Notes under the pieces: generated by a model | Told to the model about the DNA's origin: nothing | The model's database searches: none | Seen by the model: the letters and a program-made list of their open reading frames with translations, nothing else | Assembly (NCBI GenBank): GCA_963741945.1 | Contig: CAVUKA010000006.1 | Coordinates: forward strand, 160,001-224,000 | Length of the DNA: 64,000 bases | Reading direction: 5' to 3' | DNA from: an uncultured Gemmatimonadales bacterium | GTDB lineage: Bacteria > Gemmatimonadota > Gemmatimonadetes > Longimicrobiales > RSA9 | Translations under genes and position numbers: made by a program | Part shown: positions 38,314 to 48,469 of the stretch, in pieces | Numbering within the stretch: the first letter of the stretch is position 1 | Layout: every line of letters begins with the position of its first letter

Positions 38314-38772
38314 TCAGGTGCTGTAGAGATGATCGATGGCGCTCCGGATCTGGTCCAGCGACTTGCCGGCCCTGTGCATCCGGTAGACCATGTCGCCCTC
38401 GGACAGGCAGATGTCGCACTGCGACGCGTGGTCGTTGTGGAAGCAGTCCAGGAGCGAATAGTGGCCCGCGTGCTCCTCGCAGTTGCAGTAGCAGTAGACA
38501 CCGTCCACCACTTCCGCGACCTGCGCCACTTCCCCGTAGATCTGCGCCACGCGCGGGTACGCTGCGTATTCAGCCGCCGGTGCCGTGCGCGCCCGCTGGC
38601 TCATCGGCCGGGGATCCGGGTGATGCCTGCCCCTCGTGCCGAGGCTCAGCGTCGGCAGGATGAACAGCCCCAGCAGCACCGCCGCACCCCCGAACCAGAC
38701 CAGCCCCGAGTCCTTCCAGCTCCGCTCCCCACGTCCGCGCCGTGCCGGACTCCGCTTTCCGCTGCTGCCCAT
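38314..38772 (-). CDS. PCYCGC-motif-like Cys/His-rich membrane-anchored protein
   Basis: GGAGG RBS, one TM segment and YCYCNCEEHAGHYSLLDCF..HASQCDIC. Confidence 0.8.
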   Translation of the reverse strand: MGSSGKRSPARRGRGERSWKDSGLVWFGGAAVLLGLFILPTLSLGTRGRHHPDPRPMSQRARTAPAAEYAAYPRVAQIYGEVAQVAEVVDGVYCYCNCEEHAGHYSLLDCFHNDHASQCDICLSEGDMVYRMHRAGKSLDQIRSAIDHLYST

Positions 38773-38843
38773 GTGAGACCTCCCGTGGTGCGATGACTCT
38801 GCGACGCCCTCCGCGCCGACGCCCCCAGCCTAGCGGATGAGGC

Positions 38844-38882
38844 GTGAGAGTTTCGTGAAACCAGCATGAAGAGAGGCTCATG
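38844..38882 (-). promoter_or_regulatory. Putative OmpR-family operator (site 2)
   Basis: Plus strand GTGAGA-N5-GTGAAA-N5-ATGAAG-N5-CTCATG. Minus-strand TAGGCT (-10-like) at 38827-38832. Confidence 0.55.
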
Positions 38883-38974
38883 GTGGCCCGCGACGCGGTC
38901 CCGGGCCGTATCTTGACCGTGGACCGAGGCGCGCACGGCGGCGCGAATCGACCACGAAGCGGCAGAAGGAGGCG

Positions 38975-39661
38975 ATGATGCGGATCCTTGTGGTGGAGGA
39001 TGACCGGAAGGTGGCCAGCTTCCTGGAGAAGGGGCTCCGGGAGGAGGGCTACGCCGTCGACGTGGCGCACGACGGGATCGATGGCAGCCTGAAGGCGAAT
39101 GTCTACGACTACGATCTGGCCGTGCTCGACGTGATGCTCCCGGGCAAGACGGGGTACGAGATCGTTCGCGATCTGCGCAAGGCCGACAAGCCCGTGCCCG
39201 TCCTGCTGCTCACCGCCCGCGACTCCAAGGACGACATCGTGCGGGGGCTGGACGCCGGCGCGGACGACTACCTCACCAAGCCGTTCAGCTTCGATGAGCT
39301 GCTCGCCCGCGTGCGCGCGCTGCTGCGCCGGGGCGGGGCGGCCAGGCAGGAGCGGCTGATCTACCAGGATATCGAGCTGGACCGGCTGAAGCACAGTGCG
39401 TCGCGAGCCGGCCGCGACCTGGACCTCACGCCGAAGGAGTTCCAGCTGCTGGAGTACTTCCTGCTGCGCCCCGAGGAGGTGATCCGGCGGACCGAGCTGC
39501 TGGAGAAGGTCTGGGACCTCCATTTCGACCCGATGAGCAACGTGGTGGACGTGCACGTGGGCAACCTGCGGAAGAAGCTTCGCGGGCTCGGCGAGCCCAT
39601 CATCCACACGATCCGGGGCGTCGGGTACATCCTCGAGGCCGGTCGCCCGGACGAGGACTGA
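38975..39661 (+). CDS. OmpR/CusR-like response regulator
   Basis: ILVVEDD, LDVMLPG, GADDYLTKPF and winged-helix 'NVVDVHV..LRKK..IHTIRGVGY'. Confidence 0.95.
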   Translation: MMRILVVEDDRKVASFLEKGLREEGYAVDVAHDGIDGSLKANVYDYDLAVLDVMLPGKTGYEIVRDLRKADKPVPVLLLTARDSKDDIVRGLDAGADDYLTKPFSFDELLARVRALLRRGGAARQERLIYQDIELDRLKHSASRAGRDLDLTPKEFQLLEYFLLRPEEVIRRTELLEKVWDLHFDPMSNVVDVHVGNLRKKLRGLGEPIIHTIRGVGYILEAGRPDED

Positions 39662-41070
39662 TGCGCTCCCTCCGCCTGAGCCTCGCGATCCGGGCCGCCC
39701 TCGCCATGGCGGCCGCCCTCGCGGTCATGTCGCTGGCCGTGGTCCTGGCCATGCGCCAGTTCCTCGACCGGGAGCTGAACGCCAGCCTGCTCAACGTGGC
39801 TTCCATCCAGGCCGCGTCCGTCACTGCGGACACCAGCGGCGTGATGCGCTTCCACGAGTGGGAGCTCACGCCCGAGGAGGCCACGCAGATCCGGGAGCTC
39901 AACCGCTTCGCACAGGTCTGGAACGCCAGCGGTCGAAGCCTGCTCCGCAGCCAGTTCGTCACCGAGGACCTGCCCCTCGACACGGCCGCGCTCCACCGCG
40001 CCTCCGCCGGCAACCTGGTGATCGTCGAGCAGCAGTACATGGGCATGCCCATCCGCTCCCTCTACTACCCGCTCGAGCGCCTTGGCCCGCTCCACGCCCA
40101 CCACGTGCTCCAGGTCGCGGCCCCGCTGAACGGACGAAACAGGGTCCTCACCTGGCTCGGCCGCTTCCTCGCCGCGATCACCGCCCTCGTGGGCATCGCC
40201 ACCTTCGCCGGCGGGTGGTGGCTGGCACGACGCATGGTCAAGCCGGTCAACGAGATCATCGACCAGGCCGAATCCATGGAGGCCCGCACGCTCTCCCGCC
40301 GCATCGACGCCCACGCCGACTCCAGGGAGTACCAGCGCCTCGTGCGCGTCCTCAACACCATGCTCGCCCGCCTCGATCACGCCTTCGATGCACAGCGCCG
40401 CTTCACCGCCGACGCCAGCCACGAGCTGCGCAGCCCGCTGACCGCGCTGCGTGGCGAGATCGAGATCGCCCTCCGTCGCCCCCGGGACGACGACGAGTAC
40501 CGGCGGGTCCTGGCGAGCAACCTCCAGGAGGTGGAGCGCCTCTCCCAGCTCGCCGAGGACCTCCTCACCCTCGCCCGCTCCGATGCCGGGGTCATGCAGC
40601 CCCGGCTCCAGCGCACCGACGCCCGCGAGCGCGCCCGGCGCGTGCTCGACCGGCTCGACGGAAACGCTGCGAGCAGGGGCATCACGCTCGAGCTGCGAGC
40701 CGATGGCGACACCGAGGCGATCCTGGACCCCGGCCTCCTCGACCAGCTCCTCTGGAACCTGGTCGACAACGCCATCAAGTTCACGCCGCCTCAGGGACGC
40801 GTCCGCGTGGTCGTCGCCGGCGACGACCACGCGGTCGAGATCCGCGTCGCCGATACCGGCCCCGGCATCCCCGCCGACGACGTCGACCGCGTCTTCGAAC
40901 GCTTCTACCGGGCCGACATTTCCCGCACGCACGGCGACGAGACGGCGAGCACAGGACTCGGGCTTTCCATCGTCCGCGCCATCGCCGAGGTCCATGGTGG
41001 CGAAGTGACCGTCCGTAACGCCCCCGGCGGCGGCGCCGAGTTCGTGGTGCGGCTGCCGCGGGTGGGATAG
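39661..41070 (+). CDS. CusS-like sensor histidine kinase
   Basis: Two TM segments, HAMP, FTADASHELRSPL, NLVDNAIKF, DTGPGI and GLGLSI. Confidence 0.93.
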   Translation: MRSLRLSLAIRAALAMAAALAVMSLAVVLAMRQFLDRELNASLLNVASIQAASVTADTSGVMRFHEWELTPEEATQIRELNRFAQVWNASGRSLLRSQFVTEDLPLDTAALHRASAGNLVIVEQQYMGMPIRSLYYPLERLGPLHAHHVLQVAAPLNGRNRVLTWLGRFLAAITALVGIATFAGGWWLARRMVKPVNEIIDQAESMEARTLSRRIDAHADSREYQRLVRVLNTMLARLDHAFDAQRRFTADASHELRSPLTALRGEIEIALRRPRDDDEYRRVLASNLQEVERLSQLAEDLLTLARSDAGVMQPRLQRTDARERARRVLDRLDGNAASRGITLELRADGDTEAILDPGLLDQLLWNLVDNAIKFTPPQGRVRVVVAGDDHAVEIRVADTGPGIPADDVDRVFERFYRADISRTHGDETASTGLGLSIVRAIAEVHGGEVTVRNAPGGGAEFVVRLPRVG

Positions 41071-41197
41071 ACGGGCCGTCCTTCTGCGGTATGCGGAACG
41101 CGTTGTGCACGCCGCCGCCCCCGCAAATTCGGGCTCGGCCCACTCGAGCCTGGTGGACGAGGCGCGGCCGAGCCAACCCAATGGACTGGAGATTCTC

Positions 41198-41878
41198 ATG
41201 ACGAATCGAACCGCTCTTGCGACCGCGTTGGCATTGCCCATTGCCCTCGGTGCCTGCGCCGCCAACAGCGCCACCTTCGAGCCCGCGCCGGGAGCGCAGC
41301 CCGCGCCGGCCGCGGGCGGGGCCGTGGCCACGGATGCCGGCGTGCGGGTGGTGGCGGAGGGGAACGCGTGGACGGGACGCCCGGCGTCGCTCGATCAGAA
41401 GCTCACGCCTTTCCGGGTGCACGTGACGAACAACAGCACCCATCAGCTGCTCGTGCGGTTCCGGGATTTCCGGCTGGTCACACCCACGGGAGAGACGTAC
41501 TTCGCGCTGCCGCCCTTCCAGATCGACAAGCAGGTGACCCGGACCATCACGCCGGCCTACCCGTACACCGGCTTCGCCGTGGCGCCGTACCTGTCGCCCT
41601 ACTATCCGGACCTCACCGCTGCCGACCCGTTCCTCTTCGACGAGCCGTACTACTCCACGTACTGGCCCATCATCCAGCAGATCGAGCTGCCCACGGTCGA
41701 CATGGTCGACAAAGCGCTCCCCGCGGGGGTCCTCGAGCCGGGCGGCACGGTGAGCGGGTTCGTGTACTTCCAGCACGTGGACCCGAAGGCCGCTCGCGTC
41801 CGCCTGGTCATCGACCTGCCCCGGGCGAGCACACACGAGGACTTCGGAAAGGTCGAGATCCCGTTCGTCGTTCACTGA
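41198..41878 (+). CDS. Hypothetical lipoprotein with Tyr/Pro-rich segment
   Basis: GGAG followed by ATG 41198. Lipobox LGAC and 'LPAGVLEPGGTVSGFVYF'. Confidence 0.75.
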   Translation: MTNRTALATALALPIALGACAANSATFEPAPGAQPAPAAGGAVATDAGVRVVAEGNAWTGRPASLDQKLTPFRVHVTNNSTHQLLVRFRDFRLVTPTGETYFALPPFQIDKQVTRTITPAYPYTGFAVAPYLSPYYPDLTAADPFLFDEPYYSTYWPIIQQIELPTVDMVDKALPAGVLEPGGTVSGFVYFQHVDPKAARVRLVIDLPRASTHEDFGKVEIPFVVH

Positions 41879-41904
41879 CCGGGGGAACCCCACCGAGGCA
41901 GACC

Positions 41905-41949
41905 GGCCCGCCAGCGCCCTCGGAAATCCCCGAGCGTCGCTGGCGGGCC
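41905..41949. terminator. Hairpin between convergent genes
   Basis: GGCCCGCCAGCG (41905-41916) pairs perfectly with CGCTGGCGGGCC (41938-41949), with an inner CTCGG/CCGAG pair. Confidence 0.55.
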
Positions 41950-41984
41950 CGTTCGTTCCCCGAGCGCCCCCGCGTGCCGGCGGA

Positions 41985-42335
41985 TCACCGGAACCTGTGG
42001 GCGAATACGGCTACGCTCGAGAGCCGGATCTCGCGCTCCACGTCCAGCTTCACGAACGCGTTGTCGCCCACGCGCACCGGAGCTTCCCCGTGGGCGCGAG
42101 CATCCCGGGCCGCAGCGGGAAGAGCTCCGTCCCCAGCGCCTCCACCCGCCCCAGCCGGTGTGCTGCCTCGGACCGCGTACACACTCACCGCCTCCCAGCT
42201 CCGGTTGTGAACCTGCACTACCTGCTGATCCGCCCCCGGCACCAGCTCGCTGCTCGTTGATGCTCCTCCCGTGGCGCAGCCCGCCACCACGATCATGGCT
42301 GCGAGTGAGGCCGCTTTCCCTGTGATCGACTTCAT
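41985..42335 (-). pseudogene. Small lipoprotein gene with an apparent internal frame-shifted segment
   Basis: AGGAGG, ATG 42335 and lipobox VAGC. Over 42160-42077 the G/C-ending codons run in a different frame. Confidence 0.55.
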
Positions 42336-42585
42336 GGCCAGTCCTCCTGGTACAAAGAAAGAGGCGCCGTGCCTACGGCGCCTCTTCGATTCCTCTCCCC
42401 GAGAATCCACCTCGTCACCCGGAGCGCAGGAGGTGTTCCAACGCAGATTCAATCAATGGAGCCCCTCCGATAGCCCCGTTTCAGTCCGGTTCTTGCGTTG
42501 CCGCGCGGCGCAGCAGACAACCCTGCAGGGCGACGCCGCGCTCCAGCGCGCGCGTCGCCTGTTTCACATCCAGCCGGAGGTCTCA

Positions 42586-45500
42586 ATGCTCGCCAAGCTG
42601 CCGATGCTCACCGACGTCCTGCGCCGCTGGCCCGTGGTGCGCCAGTTGTCCGAAGCGGGACTGGGGAACGCGGCCATATCGGAGCGGACGCGCAGGATGC
42701 GCTCACGTCTGTCGGGCGAGGACGTGGAGACAGTGGCGAGCGTCTGTCCATACTGCGCCGTGGGGTGTGGAACGCTGGTCCACAAGCGCAGCGACCAGAT
42801 CATTGACATCGAGGGCGACCCGGAGAGCCCGATCAACGAGGGCACGCTCTGTCCGAAGGGCGCGGACATCTTCCAGTACTCGGTGAACCCGCAGCGCCGG
42901 ACGAAGGCGCTGTACCGGCGTCCGTACGGGACGGAGTGGGAGGAGGTGGAGCTGGAGTGGGCGATGGACCGGATCGCCGAGCGGTTCAAGGAGACGCGGG
43001 ACCGGACCTTCCGGATGGAGGACGAGGACGGCAACCCGGTGCGCAGCACGGAAGCGATCGGCTTCCTGGGTGGTGCGGCGCTGGACAACGAGGAGAACTA
43101 TCTGATCAAGAAGTTCTGCATCGGCACCGGGATCACGTTCGTGGAGAATCAGGCGCGAATATGACACAGCGCCACAGTCCCCGGTCTGGGGACACCGATG
43201 GGGCGGGGCGGAGCGACGACGTTCCTCATGGACCTCCAGAACGCGGACTGCGTGATGATCATGGGGTCCAACTTCGCCGAGTGTCATCCGGTGGGCTACC
43301 GGTTCGTGATGCGGGCGAGGGAGCGGGGGGGCGAGGTGATCCACGTGGACCCGCGCTTCACGCGCACCTCGGCCACGGCCACGCAGTACGCGCAGATCCG
43401 GGCCGGTACGGACATCGCCTTCCTGGGTGGGCTGATCAACCACGTCATCAACAGCGAGCGCTGGAACACGGACCCGTTCTTCAGGGAGTACGTGGTCCAC
43501 TACACGAACGCGGCCACCCTGGTACACCGTGACTTCCAGGACGTGGCCGAGCTGGGCGGCTGGTTCTCCGGCTGGAATCAGGGCGCCGGAAGCTACGACT
43601 ACAGCACGTGGCAGTACGAGGGGCAGGAGCGCGTCGCACAGAAGGACTCCGAGGGCGAGGAGCCCATTGGCAGCGTGCCGTCGTGGGCCACCGGCCCCAC
43701 CACGGGCTGGACCACGGACGGGAGCGCGCCCGCGGACGAGACGCTGCAGCACGAGCGCTGCGTCTTCCAGGTGCTGAAGCGGCATTTCTCGCAGTACACG
43801 CCCGAGAAGGTGGAGGAGATCACGGGTGTGCCGGCGGAGAAGGTGATGGAAGTCGCGGAGACGCTGCTGCGGAACTCGGGGCGGGAGCGCACGTCCGCGA
43901 TCGCGTACGCCGTGGGGTGGACCCACCATACGGTGGGGCCACAGATCATCGCATGCGCGGCGCTGCTCCAGCTCCTGCTGGGGAACATCGGGCGCCCGGG
44001 CGGCGGGATCCAGGCGCTGCGCGGCCACGCCACGATCCAGGGCTCCACGGACATCCCCACGCTCTACGACCTGCTCCCCGGCTATCTGAACATGCCGTCG
44101 AGCGATCCGATCCACGAGACGTTCGAGGACTACGTCGGGAACGAGAAGTCCGCGGAGGGGCTGTGGGCCGACACGCGCGCGTTCACGGTGTCGCTGCTGA
44201 AGGCGTGGTTCGGTGAGCATGCCACCGCGGAGAACGGGTGGGGCTACCACTGGCTCCCGCGGATCACCGGCGACCTCTCGCACCTGCCCATGTTCCTGCG
44301 CATGCACGAGGGGGGCGTACAGGGGCTGTTCCTGATGGGGCAGAACCCGGCGGTGGGCGGTCAGAACGCAGGCTTCCAGCGGGAAGCGCTGGGTAAGCTG
44401 GACTGGCTCGTGGTACGCGATTTCTTCGAGGTGGAGTCCGCCAGCTTCTGGAAGGACTCGCCGGAAGTCATGGCCGGGGAGCTGTCGCCGGAGGAGATCG
44501 GCACGGAGGTGTTCCTGCTCCCGGCGGCCGGGGTGCCGGAGAAGAACGGGTCGTTCACGAACACGCAGCGGCTGATCCAGTGGCACCACAAGGCCATCGA
44601 GCCGCCGGGCGACTGCCGCAGCGAGACGTGGTTCATGCACCACCTCATGATGCGCCTGAAGCGGGCGTACGCGGGCTCGACGGAGGCGAAGGACGAGCCG
44701 ATCCGCCGGATCACGTGGGACTGGCCCACGCACGGTCCGCACGATGAGCCGGTGGTCGACTACGTGCTGCGGGAGATCAACGGCTTCGAATGGTCTCCCA
44801 CCTGGGAGGGCCGCAGGCAGCTCGACTCCTACAAGAAGCTGAAGGATGACGGGTCCACGGCGTCGGGCTGCTGGATCTATTGTGGCGTCCACGACGGGCG
44901 GAACCGCGCGGCGAGCAGGGAGAAGGGGAACGCGTGGGTAGCCGAGGACTGGGGCTTCGCGTGGCCCGGCAACATCCGCATGCTGTACAACCGGTGCTCC
45001 GCCGACAAGAACGGGCAGCCGTGGTCGGAGCGGAAGAAGTACATGTGGTGGGATCCGGAGCAGGGGAAGTGGGCCGGGTACGACCAGGCGGACTTCGGCG
45101 ACACCAAGGCTCCGAGCTACCGTCCGCCCGACGGCGCCACGGGCATGGACGCCATCGGGGGCGACTCGCCGTTCATCCTGAAGCCGCACGGAAAGGCCTG
45201 GCTCTTCTTCCCCTTCGGCATGAGCGACGGTCCGCTCCCGACGCACTACGAGCCGTGGGAGACGCCCGTCCACAACGCGCTGTATCCGGAGCAGGAGCGG
45301 AACCCGGCGACGAAGCGCTGGCCGAGGCCGGGCAACCCGTACCACGATGTCGGGGACCCTCGCTTCCCGTACGTGCTCACCACGTATCGGCTCACCGAGC
45401 ACCACACGGGCGGCGGCATGACCCGCTGGAACTCCTGGCTGGCCGAGCTCCAGCCGGGCGCGTTCGTGGAGATCAGCCCCGAGCTGGCGGCCGAGAAGGG

Positions 45501-45882
45501 GATCGAGCCCGGAGGCTGGATGACCGTGGTCACCGCCCGCGGCGAGGCCGAGGCGCGCGCCATGGTGACGCGTCGCATGAAGCCGCTCACGGTGGGCGGC
45601 CGGACCATTCATCAGGTCGGGTTCCCCTGGCACTTCGGCTACGGCGGCATCGCCCGGGGCGGCACGGCGAACAATGTGGTGTCGATCGTCGCGGAGCCGA
45701 ACGTCAGCATCCACGAGGGCAAGGTCCTCACGTGCGATGTCCGGCCGGGCCGCGCCCGGCAGGGCCGGAAAGCCGGCCGCGGGTTCACGCGGTCGGAACA
45801 CGGCGGAGCCGAGAAGGCGGATCCACCGGAGCCGCCTCGCAGCCGGAGCGGCGCGGACCGGCCGGAGGGAGGGAACGAATGA
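42586..45882 (+). CDS. fdnG: Selenocysteine-containing formate dehydrogenase alpha subunit (FdnG/FdoG-like), UGA at 43162-43164 read as Sec
   Basis: CPYCAVGCG..LCPKG, then ENQARI-UGA-HSATVPGLG..GRGGAT, in frame with the 43198-45882 ORF. Also ALRGHATIQG and TTYRLTEH. Confidence 0.93.
43177..43193 (+). promoter_or_regulatory. Bacterial SECIS element (apical hairpin)
   Basis: GTCCCC-GGTCT-GGGGAC stem-loop beginning 12 nt after the UGA, with G at the start of the loop. Confidence 0.8.
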
Positions 45883-47252
45883 ACACGCCCTTCGACAGGT
45901 ACGTCCGCGCAGAGCGGCAGCACGGCGTAGCACCCACCCGCCTGGAAGCGGAGCCGGGGGCGCGAACCACCGCATTCGAACGGCCGGACGGGCGGGCCTA
46001 CGTGGGCGCGCCGCCCCACGGCTCGAACTGGGACGTGGACGCCGTGGTCCCGCTGCTCCAGGAAGCACAGCGCACCGCCGGCGTCACCATCGAGCCGGGC
46101 CGCGCCTACGGATTCTTTACGGACACCACGCTCTGCATCGGCTGCAAGGCGTGCGAGGTGGCATGCAAGCAGTGGAACCAGCTGCCGGCCGAGCCACCGC
46201 ACCTCACCGGCCTCTCCTACGACAACACCCGCTCCTTCTCGGCCACCACGTGGCGGCACGTCCGCTTCATCGAACAGATCGAGCCGGGGCGATTCGGGCC
46301 ACGCGAAGGGGCGAAGGGCGCGAAGAACGGCGCGCCACGTGGAGGGGCGAAGAACGGTGGTAATGGGCAGGCCGGTGGCGATGGGCGCGCGGAGTCGCGC
46401 GCGGACGTCGGCGCACCGGGTGACCGCGGGGCGCGCGGTCACTTCTACGGCGGCGGCCACCGTGGCGAGCTGCCGGAACCGCGCTCCGCGGGGCTGGAAG
46501 GTCGGGATACGGAGGAGGTGGGCCGGGACCAGCTGCGGCTGGACGATCCGGCAGAGGGGCGGAACCGGTCGGCGGCGTGGGCGAGGTCGCACATCCCGGC
46601 ATCGTTCGAGCCGTGGGGGAACCTGACGAGCAGTGAGGCGTGGTCGGACCCGGCGTCGCGCTGGCTGCTCATGAGCGACGTGTGCAAGCACTGCGTCCAT
46701 GCGCCATGCATGGAGGCGTGTCCCACGGGCTCGCTGATCCGGACCGAGTTCGACAGCGTGTTCGTGCAGCAGGACGTGTGCAACGGCTGCGGATACTGCC
46801 AGAGCGCGTGCCCGTTCGGTGTGATCGAGGTGGACAAGGAGGGCGACGGAAAGGCGCACAAGTGCACCCTCTGCTATGACCGGCTCAAGGATGGCCTGGA
46901 GCCAGCGTGCGCGAAGGCGTGCCCCACCGACTCGATCCAGTTCGGTGCCGTGGAAGACCTGCTCGAGCGCGCACGCGTGCGCGTGGCCGAGCTCCGCGAC
47001 CGGGGGATCCCCGCCTACCTCTACGGCAGCGGCGGGGTGCTGGAGGACGATTGCGACACGTCCGAGCTCGGAGGCCTCAACTGTTTCTTCCTCCTGGTCG
47101 ACCGGCCGGAGGTCTACAACCTGCCGCCGGTGGCGAAGCGGCCGTCGGATCGCACGGCTTCGGGTCTCGCGTCGGGGCTCCTGGCCGCCGCGGCATTCAC
47201 CGCCGCCACCATGCTGGCTCTGCGCAGCGGGAAAGAAGGGAGCGGCTCATGA
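45879..47252 (+). CDS. fdnH: Formate dehydrogenase Fe-S subunit (FdnH-like) with long low-complexity insertion
   Basis: CIGCKACEVACKQWN, CKHCVHAPCMEACP, CNGCGYCQSACP and KCTLCYDR..PACAKACP. C-terminal hydrophobic helix. Confidence 0.88.
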   Translation: MNTPFDRYVRAERQHGVAPTRLEAEPGARTTAFERPDGRAYVGAPPHGSNWDVDAVVPLLQEAQRTAGVTIEPGRAYGFFTDTTLCIGCKACEVACKQWNQLPAEPPHLTGLSYDNTRSFSATTWRHVRFIEQIEPGRFGPREGAKGAKNGAPRGGAKNGGNGQAGGDGRAESRADVGAPGDRGARGHFYGGGHRGELPEPRSAGLEGRDTEEVGRDQLRLDDPAEGRNRSAAWARSHIPASFEPWGNLTSSEAWSDPASRWLLMSDVCKHCVHAPCMEACPTGSLIRTEFDSVFVQQDVCNGCGYCQSACPFGVIEVDKEGDGKAHKCTLCYDRLKDGLEPACAKACPTDSIQFGAVEDLLERARVRVAELRDRGIPAYLYGSGGVLEDDCDTSELGGLNCFFLLVDRPEVYNLPPVAKRPSDRTASGLASGLLAAAAFTAATMLALRSGKEGSGS

Positions 47253-48469
47253 GCGACGTGCTGTACGGCCGGAAAGTGCCCTACGGGAAGAAGGGGATCG
47301 GACGCCTGCGCCCCACGGGCGATCAGACCGACGCGCAGGTCGCCGAACCCGCGCGCTCCGGCCCGCTCGCCGGAACGGGGCACGTGACGTACCACGGGGT
47401 GCCGCCGGTGAAGCGCGCGCCGTTCCAGATCCCCTACATCCCTCTCTACTTCTGGGTCGGCGGGCTGGCGGCGGGGAGCTGGCTGGCCGTCACCGCGGAA
47501 TCGTGGACGGGCGAGGAGGACCGCGACCTGGTTCGCGCGGGGCGCTACGTCACCGTCGGATCCGTCCTCGCCGGCACCGGACTCCTCATCAAGGACCTGG
47601 GCCGGCCCGACCGCTTCCTCAACATGCTCCGCGTCTTCCGTCCCCGCTCGCCCATGAGCCTCGGCTCCTGGGCGCTGTCCACGTTCGGTGGCTACGCCGG
47701 CGCGGCCGCGCTGCTGCAGGCGGCGGAGGATGGCTGGTTCGGCGACCGGCCACGCGTCGCCCGGCTCTCGAGCGGGCTGACGGGACGGATGCTCCACCTG
47801 GTGGGGCTCCCGGCCGCGCTGTTCGTGGGCAGCTACACGGGGGTCCTGCTCTCGGCCACCTCCACACCCAGCTGGGCCACGCGCAACGGCACCCTCGCTC
47901 GCCTGTTCGTGGCATCCGCGACGTCCAGCGGCCTGGCTGCGGTCTCCGCCGTCCTCGAGGCCGGTGGCGGGACTCCGTCCCGGACGGCGGGGCGTCTCGC
48001 CCGTGCGCAGGCCACCGCCCTCGGGGCCGAAGGGGCGCTGCACCTCATGGACCTCCGCGAGGCGAAGCGGATGCCGTCGTGGCAGGAGGAGAATGGCTGG
48101 GTGAAGGCGCTGACGACCGCCACACTGGCGGCCGGGATCGCGCTCCCGCTCCTGCTCAACCTGGCCGAGGCACGGCAGGCGCGGCGCACCGGGGGCGAGG
48201 AGAAGGCGGAGGACGAGCCGGGCGGAGGCGAGCGCCGCAGGTCGGGGCGGCGCCTGCTGGCCGCCGGGCTCGCCCTTGCCGGGAGTCTCGCCCTCCGCTT
48301 CACGACCGTGAAGGAGGGCAACCGTTCGGCCAGCACCCCCGCGGACACCTGGGCCTACGCCGGCGATGGTCGCGCTCGTGGCCCGGCCGAAGCGCCAGGC
48401 CAGGACCGGCGGGGATGGACGGGTGGACGAAGCCGCCACGAGGAGGAGCAGACCGATGCCGAAGCGTAG
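47249..48469 (+). CDS. NrfD/PsrC-family membrane anchor
   Basis: IPLYFWVGGLA, DLGRPDRFLNMLRVF..SPMSLGSW and SYTGVLLSATSTPSW. Confidence 0.85.
   Translation: MSDVLYGRKVPYGKKGIGRLRPTGDQTDAQVAEPARSGPLAGTGHVTYHGVPPVKRAPFQIPYIPLYFWVGGLAAGSWLAVTAESWTGEEDRDLVRAGRYVTVGSVLAGTGLLIKDLGRPDRFLNMLRVFRPRSPMSLGSWALSTFGGYAGAAALLQAAEDGWFGDRPRVARLSSGLTGRMLHLVGLPAALFVGSYTGVLLSATSTPSWATRNGTLARLFVASATSSGLAAVSAVLEAGGGTPSRTAGRLARAQATALGAEGALHLMDLREAKRMPSWQEENGWVKALTTATLAAGIALPLLLNLAEARQARRTGGEEKAEDEPGGGERRRSGRRLLAAGLALAGSLALRFTTVKEGNRSASTPADTWAYAGDGRARGPAEAPGQDRRGWTGGRSRHEEEQTDAEA

Noticed and set aside
43162-43164. Nonsense mutation or split fdh pseudogene
   Set aside because: The TGA is at the conserved Sec position and is followed by a SECIS-like hairpin.
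42703-46068. 1121-aa minus-strand ORF, and similar long antisense ORFs (30228-32924, 57644-60223, 14233-16458, 17109-19256, 26240-28663)
   Set aside because: Antisense shadows of well-supported genes, expected at high GC3, with no motifs of their own.
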